In this document: one piece after another, positions 35,986-49,500 of the stretch
Numbering within the stretch: position 1 is the stretch's first letter
How the letters are laid out: each line of letters begins with the position of its first letter
DNA from: Amphiscolops sp. MND2022
Taxonomy: Eukaryota
Length of the DNA: 64,000 nt
Direction of reading: 5' to 3'
Assembly (NCBI GenBank): GCA_964187785.1
Contig: OZ076409.1
Span: forward strand, 99,698,001-99,762,000
Notes under the pieces: model-generated
What the model saw: only the letters and a program-made list of their open reading frames with translations
Databases searched by the model: none
Told to the model about the DNA's origin: nothing
Program-made: the position numbers and the translations under genes

Positions 35986-36933
35986 GTATTGTATAATACA
36001 GAGTGGATGTAAAGTTGTTTGAATTCTTTGTTTGTTTTGGGATAGAGAAGAAAGAAGCGGATGCAGTAGGATCTGTATTCAACCTCAAAGGATTGCTAAC
36101 AGAAACTAATTGTGATTTTAAGTCTGGATTACTGTAAAGTGTCTAACATAAGGTTGCTGACACATCCAGAAAAGCTACAAGTGTTTTAATTTTAAGGAGT
36201 TTGTGTGTTTTAAGACTAAGGGAGCGGAACTCTGAACAATCAACGTCCACTATCCAAAGTCTGATCTATACTGATCAAGATCAAGATTTGATCTTTGTAC
36301 CTTTTACTTTTACTTTTACTTCCTGAGAGGTGTTTGGTCAGTCTTAGAACCAGATTTAGCTTTTAAGCTGTCTGATTGTCTAAGTCATACGGGAGGGAAT
36401 AGGAATTGTGGGTGCCTGAAAGTAGAACACAACCTTTACAGTGTGTTTTTCATTTGCATGCCTTATTTTAAATTTTGAAGCAAAAGAAGTGCGTTCAAAT
36501 TATATGTGTGTTTTTGTTAAAATAAATGTATTGTAAATTGGAAATAAGTTGAAATTAAGGAAAAAGTTGAAATTTTAATGTTAACAATTTTTTTTATAGA
36601 GTGTGTTGGAAATGTTTGTAATTTATGTGGAAAATTTTTGTATCGTTGTCGACGACATAAGGGAAAATGAAATAGAATACAACTTGGTTGATTTAATTGG
36701 GTTTCTTGGTTTCCTTTTTTTTAATTTCAGAATCTAATTCTGAAAGCTAGTTTATAGGAGTTTTTGTACAAAATGGATCCAAAACGTAAAGATAGAAAAT
36801 CCAGGTTTTCTGCCAACACGAAGTTGATCTTGTAACGTATGTGCTTATAGGTGAGCGGAGTCTGACATGCACTCAGTCAACTATTACACCAGGAGTCCAC
36901 CTGACGTTCAAGATAGCAGGATTGAAGATGATT

Positions 36934-37258
36934 GCTGTGTCAAAGGTGTTAGAAAACCTTGATCAACCAGACAAAATTTGCTGTGTCAAAGGTGTTAGAA
37001 AACCTTGATAAACCAGACAAAGAGAAAAGAATCACTGTTTCAACGAGCTTCCGGATAGCTGTGATAAATCACTATAGAGAGCAGAACTGTGTCACTAAGG
37101 ATAAATCAGTCTGAAGAGAGAAGCAGAAGTGTGTCACTACGGATAAATCAGTCTGAAGAAGAACCGTGTCAACGTGTTAGAAAACGTGATAAGCCGGCAA
37201 GGCAAGAGAAGCAGAAGAAAAACCGTGTCAACGTGTTGGAAAACGTGATAAACCGGCG
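36934..37258. repeat. Tandem repeat array in the 5' leader of element A
   Basis: Repeated (c)tgtgtcaa(a/c)g(g)tgttagaaaac..tgataaacc and gaactgtgtcact..ggataaatcagtctgaag units; a homologous array lies at ~57740-57990. Confidence 0.8.
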
Positions 37259-37493
37259 GTGAAAAAATTTGTTATATTTTAGGTGATGTTTGTATTGGAG
37301 AAATTTTTTGTCGAACAATGATGTATTTATTGAAGAAATTCAGAAAGTCACAGGTCAAGTCTTCAAGAAAATCTAGAAAAATTTCGCTGCAATCCCAAAG
37401 AATTTCAAAAATGAGGAGTGGTAGGTGTATTATTGTTGAGAGAAGAGAAAGCATCAGTTGTGAAAAGAAAAATTTTTACAAGTCGCACCAAAT

Positions 37494-37769
37494 TGTGCTG
37501 CCTTAACTAGTGGTTGGTGTGCCTTTTATTTTATTGAAAGGTGGTGGTGGTTACTTGAAAGGCTTACTAAGAAAGGCTGCTTCGAGGTCTGGCTAGCTAG
37601 CTATAAGATGGTAGAAGTAGAACAAAAAGGAAGTCAACCAAATACTGATTATTATTTTTCTCTCTCTGAAGGAGTAGTCTCTTACAGTCATTCAATATTA
37701 AATAAATGTACATTCTAGAACATTCTACAAACATGTAAATACTATAGGTTATTAATGTAGGTCAGTACA
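37494..37769 (-). repeat. 5' LTR of element A (276 bp)
   Basis: Matches 19483-19754; followed on the - strand by ATT-TGGTGCGAC (PBS-like). Confidence 0.95.
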
Positions 37770-39224
37770 TAGGTCAAAAATACTCCGTGAAAATGGTAGT
37801 TTAAACTGTTGGTTTTCCAACAGTAGCTCTTAATACGAACACTTCTCGCATTTGTGATTTCGTCTCATTTCAAGGAGAAAATAGGATCATAGTTTTAATA
37901 AACGACATTCACTGTACGACGGACACAAAGTTTACTTGCTATTTTTTGTGACATTTGACCACACTTGTTTCACATACAGACTTTGCTGGGTCCTGATATT
38001 TGAAACTCACTTCGAAAGTTACAAAATAAACCAGCCTTTCCTTGAAAAATTGATCGAATAACGGCAATTATAGGCAATGGTACTATATTCCGCCCGAAAG
38101 ATTATGAGGCACGCCTTAGTCGAGACTGCTTGGACTTTTAAACGTGCAGGCCTGCATGCAGCCTATTTATTTGGGAAACCTGGAAAATTCAGAACGCTTG
38201 CAGGAAAATTCAGTGGAAAAGTTTCTTGTATCCTGTCAGTGTGTAACTGCGCCTCGAAAAAAAGTCATTTCAAGTTTCGTAACTATCGAAAAACATTCGA
38301 ACAGTTTTAAAAAAATTCAAAGTGCAAATTTTAAACGAAGTTCGCTGGCTCTTATTAATTACTAGTTTTATTCTTAACACTGGATGAAAAATTCAAAACT
38401 GAAATGAATAGTACAAACTGCATTGTTTTGGAGCTAAATTACACAAAAAACGGTCTTGAAAGACAATGGACCATCGAAACACTCTTCAAAAAGAACAAAG
38501 CAGCCGGATGAAGATCTAACCCAACACTCCATTTTTTTAGTCGACAAATGAACTACGGACCTAACAAACTTAGTAGAAACTCGCAAACATTCCAAGGTTC
38601 CCCCACTGGCTACCTTGGTTTTTTTAACTTTGACTTTTTTCGGCACTGTGAGACTTTTTTCCGAAACGTATCGGCCGTTTCTTAGACTTAATATGAACAT
38701 CTAACACGTACACGAATTCGGATAAAACGTTTTCAAAGTTCGTACATAACTGTCGCACGCTGCCGCCTGCAACGGCAACGTCTATAAAATCCAGCATAGT
38801 TACACGAAGACGTTGCCAGAAACATTTGAGCTGAACCAAACTGCCGTTGTCTAAGAACGTCGTTTTGTTGCTTTTGTTGCTTTACATTTCTAACTTTTGT
38901 TGCTTTTACATTTCAGTCCAAATTAAATTCAGCTAATCACGGCTCAGCCTTCTTATACTTAAAGGTGCTATTTGAATATACTGGTACGGTTGATTAAAGC
39001 TACGCGCCAAGTCGGGCCATACTCTGATATGCTTGCTAAATAATAGACATTTTGTCCGAAAAGAATCTAGCGGCCTTTATTCGAATTTCCCTTCGATTAA
39101 ATGCTAAAAGTTGATGTGATTTAATAGAAGATATAGAACCAAGACGCCCGCTAAGCACCGGGATATTTTCCGCCCAGTTCGTCTTCACCAACTGAGCCAT
39201 AGCTATTTTGGGAGGGGGCTATAG

Positions 39225-39350
39225 GATCTAAAGAATAAGATCTGAAAATTAGTGATTTTAGATCTTATTCCTTTCAGATCTTATTCCCGCCCTGAAATTT
39301 TAGATCTTATTCCTTTTAGGTCTTATTCCTTTTTTGACTTTAGATATTCT
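39225..39350. repeat. Short tandem and inverted AGATCTTATTCC repeats
   Basis: tagatcttattcc occurs about four times, with the inverted copy gaataagatct upstream. Confidence 0.6.
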
Positions 39351-39754
39351 TCCCGCTGTATGCTATTTAGTTACTTGACCATTTTAGTTACTAGTAGCTA
39401 TATAAAATAGTCAAGTAATCAAAAGGTGGAGATTGTGTAGATTTGCCAAAATTTGCAAAAAAACGCGTCACAGATCATGATTTTCCTTCCCCCATTTATA
39501 AAATGTGGGGTCTGAAAACAACGAAACCCTCCGTGCTTTTAAAGGACTAGAAAAATAGTCCCAAATGAGAATGTGCCTTTTATTCAAATGTACATTTTAG
39601 TCCTTCTGGCTAAACGCCGTTGAATATTTAGACTCATGTAGTATCACATGTATGTTCTTTCACTTGTAGTTTCATTGTTTAAAATAAGTACAGCTGTATT
39701 GCTCGGACACGAAAATGGTGTTACCTCTCCAGCACATTCCTCGTGTAACTTTTC

Positions 39755-40087
39755 ATGCCTTCGACTAGGAGACAGAAAGCACTAGGAGATCAAGAGAATA
39801 TGACATATTGTTCCATTCTGATAAAATGGACTTGTGGGTTGGTGGTGAAAATACTGACTCTATCGAGAGGAAATTAGCTAATACCATCAACGGCTCAGTT
39901 AGTATTAATGACACTGAGGCCTTCTCTCACTCGAGAAAAAATTCACTACAGGAGAAGGAAATTAGGAATATCACCGTTGAATATGAAAATCTTTGACATG
40001 ATAGGTTATTGAATCTAGGGCAATCTTCTCAAATGAGATAACATGGGACTTTCTATCTAAAGAAATGGATTCTTTAAGGAATAGGAT
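39755..40087 (+). pseudogene. Decayed ORF of an older element, interrupted by element B (continues at 58512)
   Basis: ATG at 39755 (MPSTRRQKA). Joining the flanks at the GGAT TSD gives an open frame SKEMDSLRNR|MHCQLHMAINSAISVRVTPEIK. Identity not established. Confidence 0.45.
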
Positions 40088-40361
40088 TGTGCTGCTTTCA
40101 GAAGCTTTTATTTTTTGTTGGTGGTCTTTTCTCTAGATGTTACAGAGCTGAATTATCATAATGATGCTAGCTCGCTGGTTGACTCTACTAAAGCTAGGAG
40201 GTCTGAAAAGAGGAATAAAAGGAAGTCGACTAAACACTGAATTTTAGTTTTCTCTCTCTGAAGGAGTAGAGTTTTACCGTCATTCAATATTAAATAAATG
40301 TACATTCTAGAACACTCTACCAACATCTAAATAATATTGTTTATTAATGTATGTCAGTAAA
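40088..40361 (-). repeat. 3' LTR of element B
   Basis: tgtgctgc...gtcagtaaa (terminal CA mutated on the + strand), followed by tccatcccggttttt. Confidence 0.9.
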
Positions 40362-41189
40362 TCCATCCCGGTTTTTAAATAAAACGAAATTTTACATTAT
40401 ATCAAATGAATAAAACAAAGTGAAAAATTTTTTGTTTAAATATTTTTAGCGTTTCAGCTAATTCAATTTTTTCTTTGATGGATGATTTGCATAAGTCTCT
40501 TTTAAGTTGGTGAGAGTTCGACTCAATGGTAGACCTCGAGTTGTCTATCAAAATATGTGACAACTTCATTAGACCTCATATGTGCGACTATAGTTCAAAG
40601 GTTTCAAAGTGGTCTGTTTCACTACGTTTTCGGGCCTAAGTTTTTGAACTGGTAGCGGCTCGGTTCAATGCCTTTGTTGAAGCTATTGAATTGGCTTCGC
40701 CTTTGACAAATCGTGAGCAAACTTCATATGAGTTAAAGGTCAAAGAGTCAGTGAGAATTGTTGTTAAAAAAACTTTGCATCAATTATGAAAAATGTCTGA
40801 AAAGATTTCAGGTTGTGTTCAACTTTGGCGGGTTTGTTATGTAAGAATTGCTGAAACCTTTGAGAAAGTGGGCTTCTCATTATTCGAATTGAAATTGAAC
40901 AATATGCTTGATCAATTTTTGAGCTATTTTGTTGAAATTTTGAAAAGATTTTTGTTAAGATATGATTGAAATCTTTTTATTTATGGGATAGAATAGTACA
41001 GAAAAATAATAAACATTCTTTAAAAAGTGGGCAAATAAATATCGGTATGGGATAAATATCATTGTAAATTAGGGCAAAGAAATATGGGGGGAAGTTTTTA
41101 TTGTATTTATTATATATACTCATTAAAGTAAAATTATCATCATTATATTTCGAAAGTTTTTCAAGTTTTATCAAGTAAAATGTTTTTTG

Positions 41190-41957
41190 TCTTGCTGCTT
41201 CCGTTCATTTATTATTATTCATATTATATGCTGTCTGATTGAAACATCTTGGGTGCTTGTTGGACTCAATCCAGCGATGGTGGGATCAGCTTGGAAGGAT
41301 CGATGGTGGGATCGTCTTTTGGAGTCGTCACTGCAAATTGCTCAGATGGTCAATGTTGAGGCTTTCTCAGATGGCATTATTAAGGAGTCCAGGCCAGACA
41401 GTTGATGTTGTGCTGTAACAATCGGGATTTACTTTAAAATGCGACGTAAGTATAGGTCTTGTATTGAGAGTTTTGGTTCAGAAGTGCTCAGGGGGGTCTT
41501 TTTGAAGTTCATCATCGTTGGAATCGTTGTCATCCGATGACCAATATTGTACTAGATCTTTCTTTTCTAATGGGGTTCGGATTCTATTGATAGATTTTTG
41601 AGAAAGGGGTTTGGGCGAATAGTGGTATAATCCGTTTGGGTCGTAGCATCACATTTTTGAATGAAATTATCAGGGTGGTTATGCCGTTTAAGGTATTGCT
41701 CAAAGAGAATCATTCGTGTTAGAATGGGGTCCCCTTTCGTCTCTGTGTAAGCTGGGTATATAATGTCGATATATGTTTCTTTAGAATAAGAGATCGAAGT
41801 CGAGTGGAATCAATTGGAAATTAAACTACAGATGTATCCTGAGAAGTCATCGTGGTCGAAATGGAGGAATTGAAGTGAATATTCTTCGAAGATTGGTTGT
41901 TTTGAAGCGACATTGAATCGGCAAGTTGAAGGACGAAAGAAGTTTGACAACTTTCAC
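41190..41957 (-). pseudogene. Accessory ORF B of element B (ends approximate)
   Basis: Manual translation gives STRLRSLILKKHISTLYTQLT, QYLKRHNHPDNFIQKCDATTQTDYTTIRPNPF and SDDNDSNDDELQKDP; disrupted by stops and frameshifts. Confidence 0.6.
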
Positions 41958-42356
41958 CTGAAAGATATTAGTTTAATCACATTTAAATTTCCTTTTTGTT
42001 TAACTTTGTTTTGTTGACATTCTTGTGATGTATTTTATTGTGTTCTATCTTATTAATTTTAAGGATAAAGATGGCGTATTTTGGAAATCTTTTGAAGAGT
42101 ATTCGAATATCTTTCATTTGAGGTCTCATTCGTTGAATTCGGTTCATTAAAAGTTGAAAAATTTGAGGAGTTTTGTTGAAAATTTTTATGTTCGTAGTGA
42201 ACATTTATGTTACACTGGTATATAAATGTATTCTACTGATTAATTATAATCATGCATAGCAAGCATAAATAGGTAAATTCAAGTTATTTTGACAGGTTGA
42301 TAAAGGAGTAAGAGATAAATGTTGAAATTTTAAAGCTTTTATCCCATAATTACCAG

Positions 42357-43607
42357 TTAAGATTGTTGGATCTTTTCAAATGTGTAGTTGATTTCATCTA
42401 AGGATGTGCGTGTACACGAAGCTGATTGGCTAACTCTTGTCGTATCATACTATGTTTTGCATCAGGTCTCGGGTTTGTTCAAGAGTATTTACAATATTAG
42501 TGATAGCAATAAGGATATCCTTTTTTTGGGTTATGATACGGTTTTAAAATTTTCATTGATTCTTTATATTTCTGTATTTCTTCAGTGGGTGGAAAACTTC
42601 CTTTGTTTAGGAGTGTCAATTGTTGCTTTCTTTGGAAGTTCTCGATTTGTCTTTTTGTGTTCTTTAGTGTCTCCTCTTGTAAGAATTGAGATACGATGAG
42701 AAATAATGAATAATAGTTCATTATTGGAGTATCCCTTTTTCGCTAAGGCGTAATAATAAGATATTTCACAGTCTCCAAGAGGTTGGAAGGCTATGGGTTG
42801 AACTGGAGGAAGAGGGTCTGATATACATTGAGGTATATCTTCTTGTTTTTGGATTCTCATTCGGAAGGAAGAGAAAACTTTGTCTCAATGGGTCATAATT
42901 TCTGAGTCTTTTTTTGTTTTGGTATGATCTATTAAATATTCGAAGTTAAAAGTGAAAAATGAAGTATATTTCGAATTGAGGAAGATATAGTTTTCAGATT
43001 CTTTGTCTTGGAGGAATTTCTGGTATGTAATATGATGAGCTTTCTTTATTTGTTATGGCAAGAAAATAGCATCATTCTCTTCAGTTCTAAGATCATATGG
43101 AGATGGTCTTAGGAAATTGTATTGAAGTGAGAAAATTTTCACTTTATTATTTAACCACCAATCATATGGGTTTTTTGGATATGATTTATTTTGAAGCAAC
43201 TGAGGTATAGTAATCTTTTTTGAATTCTCTGATGATGAACTTGTATTTCGTTGGAATCATATACAAAGAGATTAGATGGGATTGAAATGTGAATTGTCTT
43301 GTTGATAAGATGGGAATTAGATAAAACAATCTCGATCTTCATCTTGTTTAAATGGCTTTATGAAAGGAGGGCAGGCGCCAGATTCCATAAAAGTTTTATC
43401 AGCGGTTGTATCTGGATATTTTCTCTTTTGAGATTTTTCGTTTTTATGATCAATTTGTTCTTCTGGAATAGTTTCCATGGGTTCTTGAGTTTGTGAACAT
43501 AAATTATTATCTTCGTTAACATTTTGTTGTATAGTTACATTCAAAGGCGATGCAAACCGTTTGGAAGAACTAGAGTTAACTACATCAATTTCGGGCAAGG
43601 ATTCCAT
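42357..43607 (-). pseudogene. Accessory ORF A of element B
   Basis: MESLPEIDVVNSS...ACPPFIKPFKQDEDR...QEDIPQ.I.DPLPP...QSASCTRTSLDEINY, homologous to 21816-23111. Confidence 0.8.
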
Positions 43608-44037
43608 TTTTTAACTTGCTTGAATTTGTAGCGCTAAAATATTACTTTTGTTTGACAAATCATAAAGTTGGGTTAGAACAAAGTAAAGTGCTATTTTTTC
43701 AGTTATTTTTGTTCACTTGTTTAGATTTTTGATACCAGTTTAAAATGTACTTACAATATTGGAATATCAGTTGTGGGTCAAATCATCAAAAATCACAGTG
43801 GCATCTATTCCCGGAATAGAAACTTCTGTGATTTCTGTGATTCGCGGTTTACAGGGAGCGAAGAATTTTCCCAAGTAGGGTATGAAGTTCCAAGTGAAAT
43901 CGTTTGGTTGAGTTGAGGTGGGCAACTTTTCCATCTGAGAATTTTTGGGTAGAATGAAAGTTAAATTGTGGAGCTATTTGTTGTTGATTTTTTACACTTT
44001 GAGTTTAATTTGTTTTATTTGGTTAATACTTTTTTAT

Positions 44038-46587
44038 TTAGGAGGAGTTAAATTTTATAAAGATTTTAGCGGGGCTTTCCGGTAAAGCTATTACATTTTG
44101 TACTATGGGGTCATAGTCCTGAGAAATTTGAGGTGAACTAATATCATTAATATCACTGGGGTGTGTCCTTTTTGGTGATTGAAGGGTTGAATTCTTACTT
44201 GTATATTTAGGAGGTAAATAAGGGGAGTCACTATCGGAGTACCTTCTCATTTTCTTCTGTGTTTCTTTGTCGGACAACAGGATATTATCATTTTCACTTG
44301 TGGTAATTTTGTGTTTAGTATAAATCCGTTTGCGTTATCCAGTAATGTTTAAATCAGTAACCATTTCCGATGTAACTATAATAAAAAATTCATGGGCTAT
44401 TGAACTCAAAATGGAATCATTGCTTTGGAGATAATATTTCATTCTAATTGTTCTGTAGAATTTAAGTAGAAAAGTTAAAACTTCTCTAATGAAAAGAAAA
44501 GTGGAGAAATGAATTCCGCATTGTGTTAGAACATAACATGGATATCCAAAGAAATTAATGAAAGCTTGACTAAACCAGTCAGGGTTGAAAAGTGGTAAAA
44601 GGTTTAACAGGTGATCATGTAATCCAATCCTTAAATGATTATAAGGATTTGATCCTGTGTGGGAGTGTTGTTCATTATGTACTGTAATGAAATCATAACT
44701 TAATGATTTTCCGAGTATCGAAGAATTATATTTGAGTGTTTTGCGAATTATACTCTGTTCCAGAATTGATCTAATTCTGCATTTGAGTATATACCTGCAT
44801 CTTGAGCGGTAAATGTGTCGGGTGTTATTGTTGTCTTAATTTGAGTAGGTTTGAACATTTGTGGTGCTTCTCTTTTGAGCAGGTCTGGTGTTAACACATA
44901 AAAATCTTCGTCATCTGAATCAGGGTCTAATTCGATTATATTTTGTGGATTATTTCCACATTCAATTGGTGTTGCATAGTTGAAAGTTTGTCTTGTTATA
45001 GGGTCAACATACATTATAGTTTCTCTATAGTGTATGGGAATTCTATCAAAGCACTTATCTGCCTTGTATAGTGGTGATATAAAATGAGGGCAATCATACA
45101 GCCTTGCTGTAGATCCTTCAACGTAGAGGAAACTACTACGATTTCCAGTTAAAAGAAAACCGGCTAATTGAGGATTCCTAACTGACATAGCTAAGATTGT
45201 TAACAATTGTGTTCTTTCTAATTCACATACTGTGTGAAAAGTATTTTATTCTTGTACTGTTATAGATTTAAATACATGATTTATTGTGAAGTCAATTTTT
45301 GTATTGATATGAGCATCATAGTCTAGAATGGCGAAATTGTTTGATACATTTAGTGCTGTTAATATATATTTCTGATTGGAAGTATCAAATTGTATTCTTC
45401 CACTAATGTTTTGATCTATTTTTGAGTGGGTCTCGATTGTCCATTTTTCATATCAGAACAATCCAAGTATGTAACAAAGATGTCGTCATATTGTGTTGAA
45501 TATAATGGTTCTGGTTTTCCACAAAAAGTTTGTGCAATTGGGTATATCTCAAATCGAGAATGACTTGGGTTGTCTACGGTTGATTGTGGTGTTTTGACAC
45601 TGTGATCTTTTGTTCCTTGTATTCCGTCGTTTTCAAGGTTTTGTGTAATGTTTGAGGATTCGATAAAATTTTCAGTTTCTATCCAATATCGGGCTTTAAT
45701 CCTGGTCATTCTTCCATCGAATTCTTGTAATCGAAATATGAGACAAAACTTTTCATCAAACCATATTAATATGTATGGGTTTTTGTTGTTGGTTTACAAA
45801 ATCCGTCCGAATGGTAACAGGGTAGCATAAATCCATCGTGAATCATTTGATTCTTTTTATCATCATATGTTATTTCAGGATTAGTTACTCTGAGTTTCCA
45901 GCTTTTTCGGGTGATTAAATGTTCTCTGTCACTTCTACATCTTGAATAAGTATTTTGTGTGAAGTTAACTATCCAGTCTGGATAATGTTCATCATATACG
46001 AACGTTCCGATATGCCAAGCATTTAATCTTTTTACTCTAAATGGTTGTTGAACTTGCTCAATTTTAATTTGATAATCACTATCATCAAAAAATGAGAAAG
46101 AACTTTGTATATTGTAATTGTTTATTTCGTTACTATCGGTCGCGTTTTAGTATCTTATCATATTTTTGCATTCAATAGGGTCAGAATTTTTTGGAAGATC
46201 TAATGGGTTTGGTCCCCATTGTAAACGATCATATCGTCTACTAGATGAAAATGTTCGTGAACACCAAACTTTTTCTGTTTTTATATATGCTTCACATTTG
46301 AAGGCTTTGATTCTTTTTGCTTTTCCTCTAACATATACTGTTGCTTGGGTTTTTGTGTGTTGTATATCTGAGGGTGCTTGTTTACAAGGTTCAACATGTA
46401 GTAAGCTAAACTGTCCTAAATTGTTTTGTTTTGCACAATCATAATGGGATACCATGAGGTTCAAAATATTTGGATCTTGTTCTGAAATATGAATTTCTGA
46501 AATTGTTGTATCAACTTTAGGAACTGATGTAGAGTTAACAATGTGTATTATATATACAGTATATGTATTGAAAAGTATATTTTTCAT
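44038..46587 (-). pseudogene. env: env-like glycoprotein of element B
   Basis: HYDCAKQNNLGQFSLLHVEPC, FKCEAYIKTEKVWC, LAGFLLTGNRSSFLYVEGSTARLYDC, CFDRIPIHY..YVDPITR..IEC, then a TM segment and tail as in element A. Confidence 0.85.
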
Positions 46588-46589
46588 GG

Positions 46590-49500
46590 TTAAATTATAG
46601 TTCTATTGTTAAGTCCTGAGAAGGGATTAAACGAGTTTATATGACTTGTTCTAATTTCTGGTAATTCAGCGTCACAAAGATAAGATATTGATGTGACTAA
46701 AAATGGTGAGGGATTTGTTTTATGAGCTACTTTTGTTGAAAGAGAAAATGGAGGAGGTTTTAAGGAGTTGAATGTAACTTCAACTTCGAATTTTAATATT
46801 AATTGATCTTCTTGTAATCTTCGTAGTTGTCTTTGTTTTCTTGGGTTTGAAAGAGAACTATTGTTTATAAATCTATCTGGGTACAGTTTATCGGCGATCT
46901 TCGTTAAACCTGCGAATGATCTTTGAGTTAACACGAATAGGATATTCGTGTGGATTTGGTGTAGGAGGTCTCGAATAATCTTCTAGGAAATATTCGAGTA
47001 ATTGTATGGAATGATATCGGATAGTATTGAACTAGAAGAATAAACTCGTGAAAAGTTTGCTGCACTATCTGATATAGTTTGGAGATCTTCTGAAAGAAGG
47101 GATGCTGTTTCAAATCCTGATGTGACTTGAAATGTCATTGATAGAGAAGATGGTATAGTGGGGTGAGATGAGGAAAGAGAAGGTGTTTGTGTTTCTGATC
47201 TCGGTTGTGCTCGTGGTCTAACTAGTCTTGAGTTTGTACTGGAACTAGTTAAAGATTGTAATTCTTGAGAATTTCTTCGTGATTGAGATCTGAGGTTATA
47301 ACTATGTCGTGGTACTCGGGTACTAGCAGTTGAATCAGAGACTTTATCTTTGTAATATAGGTCTGTTAAGGACGAAGTAGTGTTTGATTGTAGGCGGTCT
47401 AATTCTAGTCTTGGGTATACTTGAGAAAATGTAATTGAACTTAGTTCAGATGGACTAACTATATGTTCTGGTATAGTTTTTATTGGGGTTTTACTTGTTG
47501 ATGGTAGGGCAAGGTTCTTTGGTAATGTTGGTATAGAAGTTTTCTAGGTGTTTTTGTGGCAGTTGGTATCCTATGTGTACAAGAAAGAACATATTGTAGA
47601 ACTGAGCTAGGATCATGGATATGAGGAGCACGAGTAGTAGGAATCGGTGGAAAAGGGGGTCTGTTTAGGATACTTGAAGTATCTTGTACATTGTTTTTGG
47701 TTGTGAGCGATTCATCACAAGAGTCACTTGTTGATGAATTTATTTCTGAAAATGGTAAGTTTTGTTGAGTTTATTGTGGTTGAGTTGTTGTAAAATTTTG
47801 TGATTGAGTTGTTATTACTGATGTTTGAGTTTGAAGTATGGGTGTATTATTGGGCGTTACTGTTGCTCTATCAGGAGAATATGGAGCAGATGGGCTATGA
47901 TTTGAGGATGAGGAATCCAGTATAACTGTATCTGAATTTAGATATGCGGTATAATCAGGTAATGTTTGGAATGAATGAGTTGAACTAGATGATGAGTTGT
48001 TTCTGTTTGATGCAGGTGAATGTATATGTCTATCAATCTTGAAGTTTTTTTATTTTATATTTCAGTTTATGTTTCAATTTCAATTTCTTTCACTATTTTT
48101 CAAATGACTATCTATTATTATTCAGCTCAAACGTTCTTTCAGCAGGATTTTTGAGACAATGAAATTATATCCTTTTCACCGCGGAAAAGTTGATAATGTT
48201 TTCGTGGTTGTGGGCGGAAATTGTATCTGTCATAGGTGTGTCTTCGGGGATTAATATAGTTATCGTAGTCATGAAAATCAGATTGATTTTCTGGGTTGGT
48301 ATTATTGGTTTTTGTTTTTTTTGTTGGTACGGAAATGGGGAGTATTGGTTAAATTATTCTGGTTGAAAATCAATTGTGGATGGTATATCCGTTTCTTTAG
48401 TGGAATTTATCAATGTGTGATCTTTGTTTTCAACTGATTGTTCTTCACCGGAAAAAGAATCAAAAGGCTCTATCGAGTCATTTATATTCGAGTCAATATT
48501 ATCATTATCATCATTATTTGGATGCGGGTTATATTGTTGTGTGAAAGGAAAAAGGACTGGTTCTTTTGGGTAATAAGGAACTAAATGATTTATGTGAAAA
48601 TGAGAAGTGTAACCATCTTGATTAACAATTTCATATGTAATATCAGAAATTTTATTAATGATTTTAATTGGTCCAATTCTGAGATGTTTCAATTTATCTG
48701 AAAATTGAACATGTTGAAAATTTCTCTTCAGTACAAATGTACCAATGTCTTAGGGTCTTGTATTGCTGTATGTTTAATTGAAAGAAGCAAATGAATTACT
48801 TTTTGTGTTTTCATAGACTGTGTGATGTATTTGTATCATAGCAGTGTCAGTAGCCAAAATCCTTTGTGGAATTGGTTTCGATAAGATTTTATGGAAGAAA
48901 GGGTTTAAATTTGATTTGTCAAAATGTGTATGAAGTGGTAAGTCTTATCAGTTTTGAGAAGTAGTTTCTATAAGTATCTCTTTGAAGATTGAGTTCAAAG
49001 TTTATTGGGATTCTTGGTTTTGTATGAAATACTATTTCGTATGGTGAAAGTTTTAATTCAGAAAGTGGTTTTGAATTATGTGCATAAGCTTACATATGGA
49101 CTTGTGTAGACCAAATTTCTGGTGTGTTATGTAGCAAAAGTCTGAGATGGGTTCCAAGGTTTTTGTTTTGATTCTCTACTAAACCATTTGTCCATGGTGC
49201 GTAAGGAGTTCTTGGTGAATGTCTGATTCCTTTTGTGGTACAAAGGTTTGCAATTTCAGAATTAATGTATTCTGAACCACGGTCTGTATCTAGATATATG
49301 GGAGGTCCAAATTTAATAATCCAATGATGTAGTAGGGAATTGACATCGTTTTGAGCATTGTTCTGTTTAACAGGTACTGTTACTACAAAGTGGCTGAAAG
49401 CGTCTACTATTACATGAATGTATGAGTTTTGTTTTGATGGTGTATTTGTAGGTCCTTTTGTATCCATTGATATTCGGTAACTGAAATATGAAGCATTTTT

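Larger units (their letters stand above)
19483..37769 (-). mobile_element. Element A: full-length 18.3-kb env-bearing Ty3/Gypsy-type LTR retroelement (decayed)
   Basis: Direct repeats at 19483-19754 and 37494-37769 with TG...CA ends. TAGG TSD at 19479-19482 and 37770-37773. PBS-like TGGTGCGAC just inside the 5' LTR and PPT-like AAAAACCGGGATGGA before the 3' LTR. Domain order gag-PR-RT-RH-IN-env. Confidence 0.95.

Noticed and set aside
37476..37493. Assigning the primer tRNA
   Set aside because: TGGTGC(G/A)AC differs between A and B and cannot be matched confidently without the host tRNA set.
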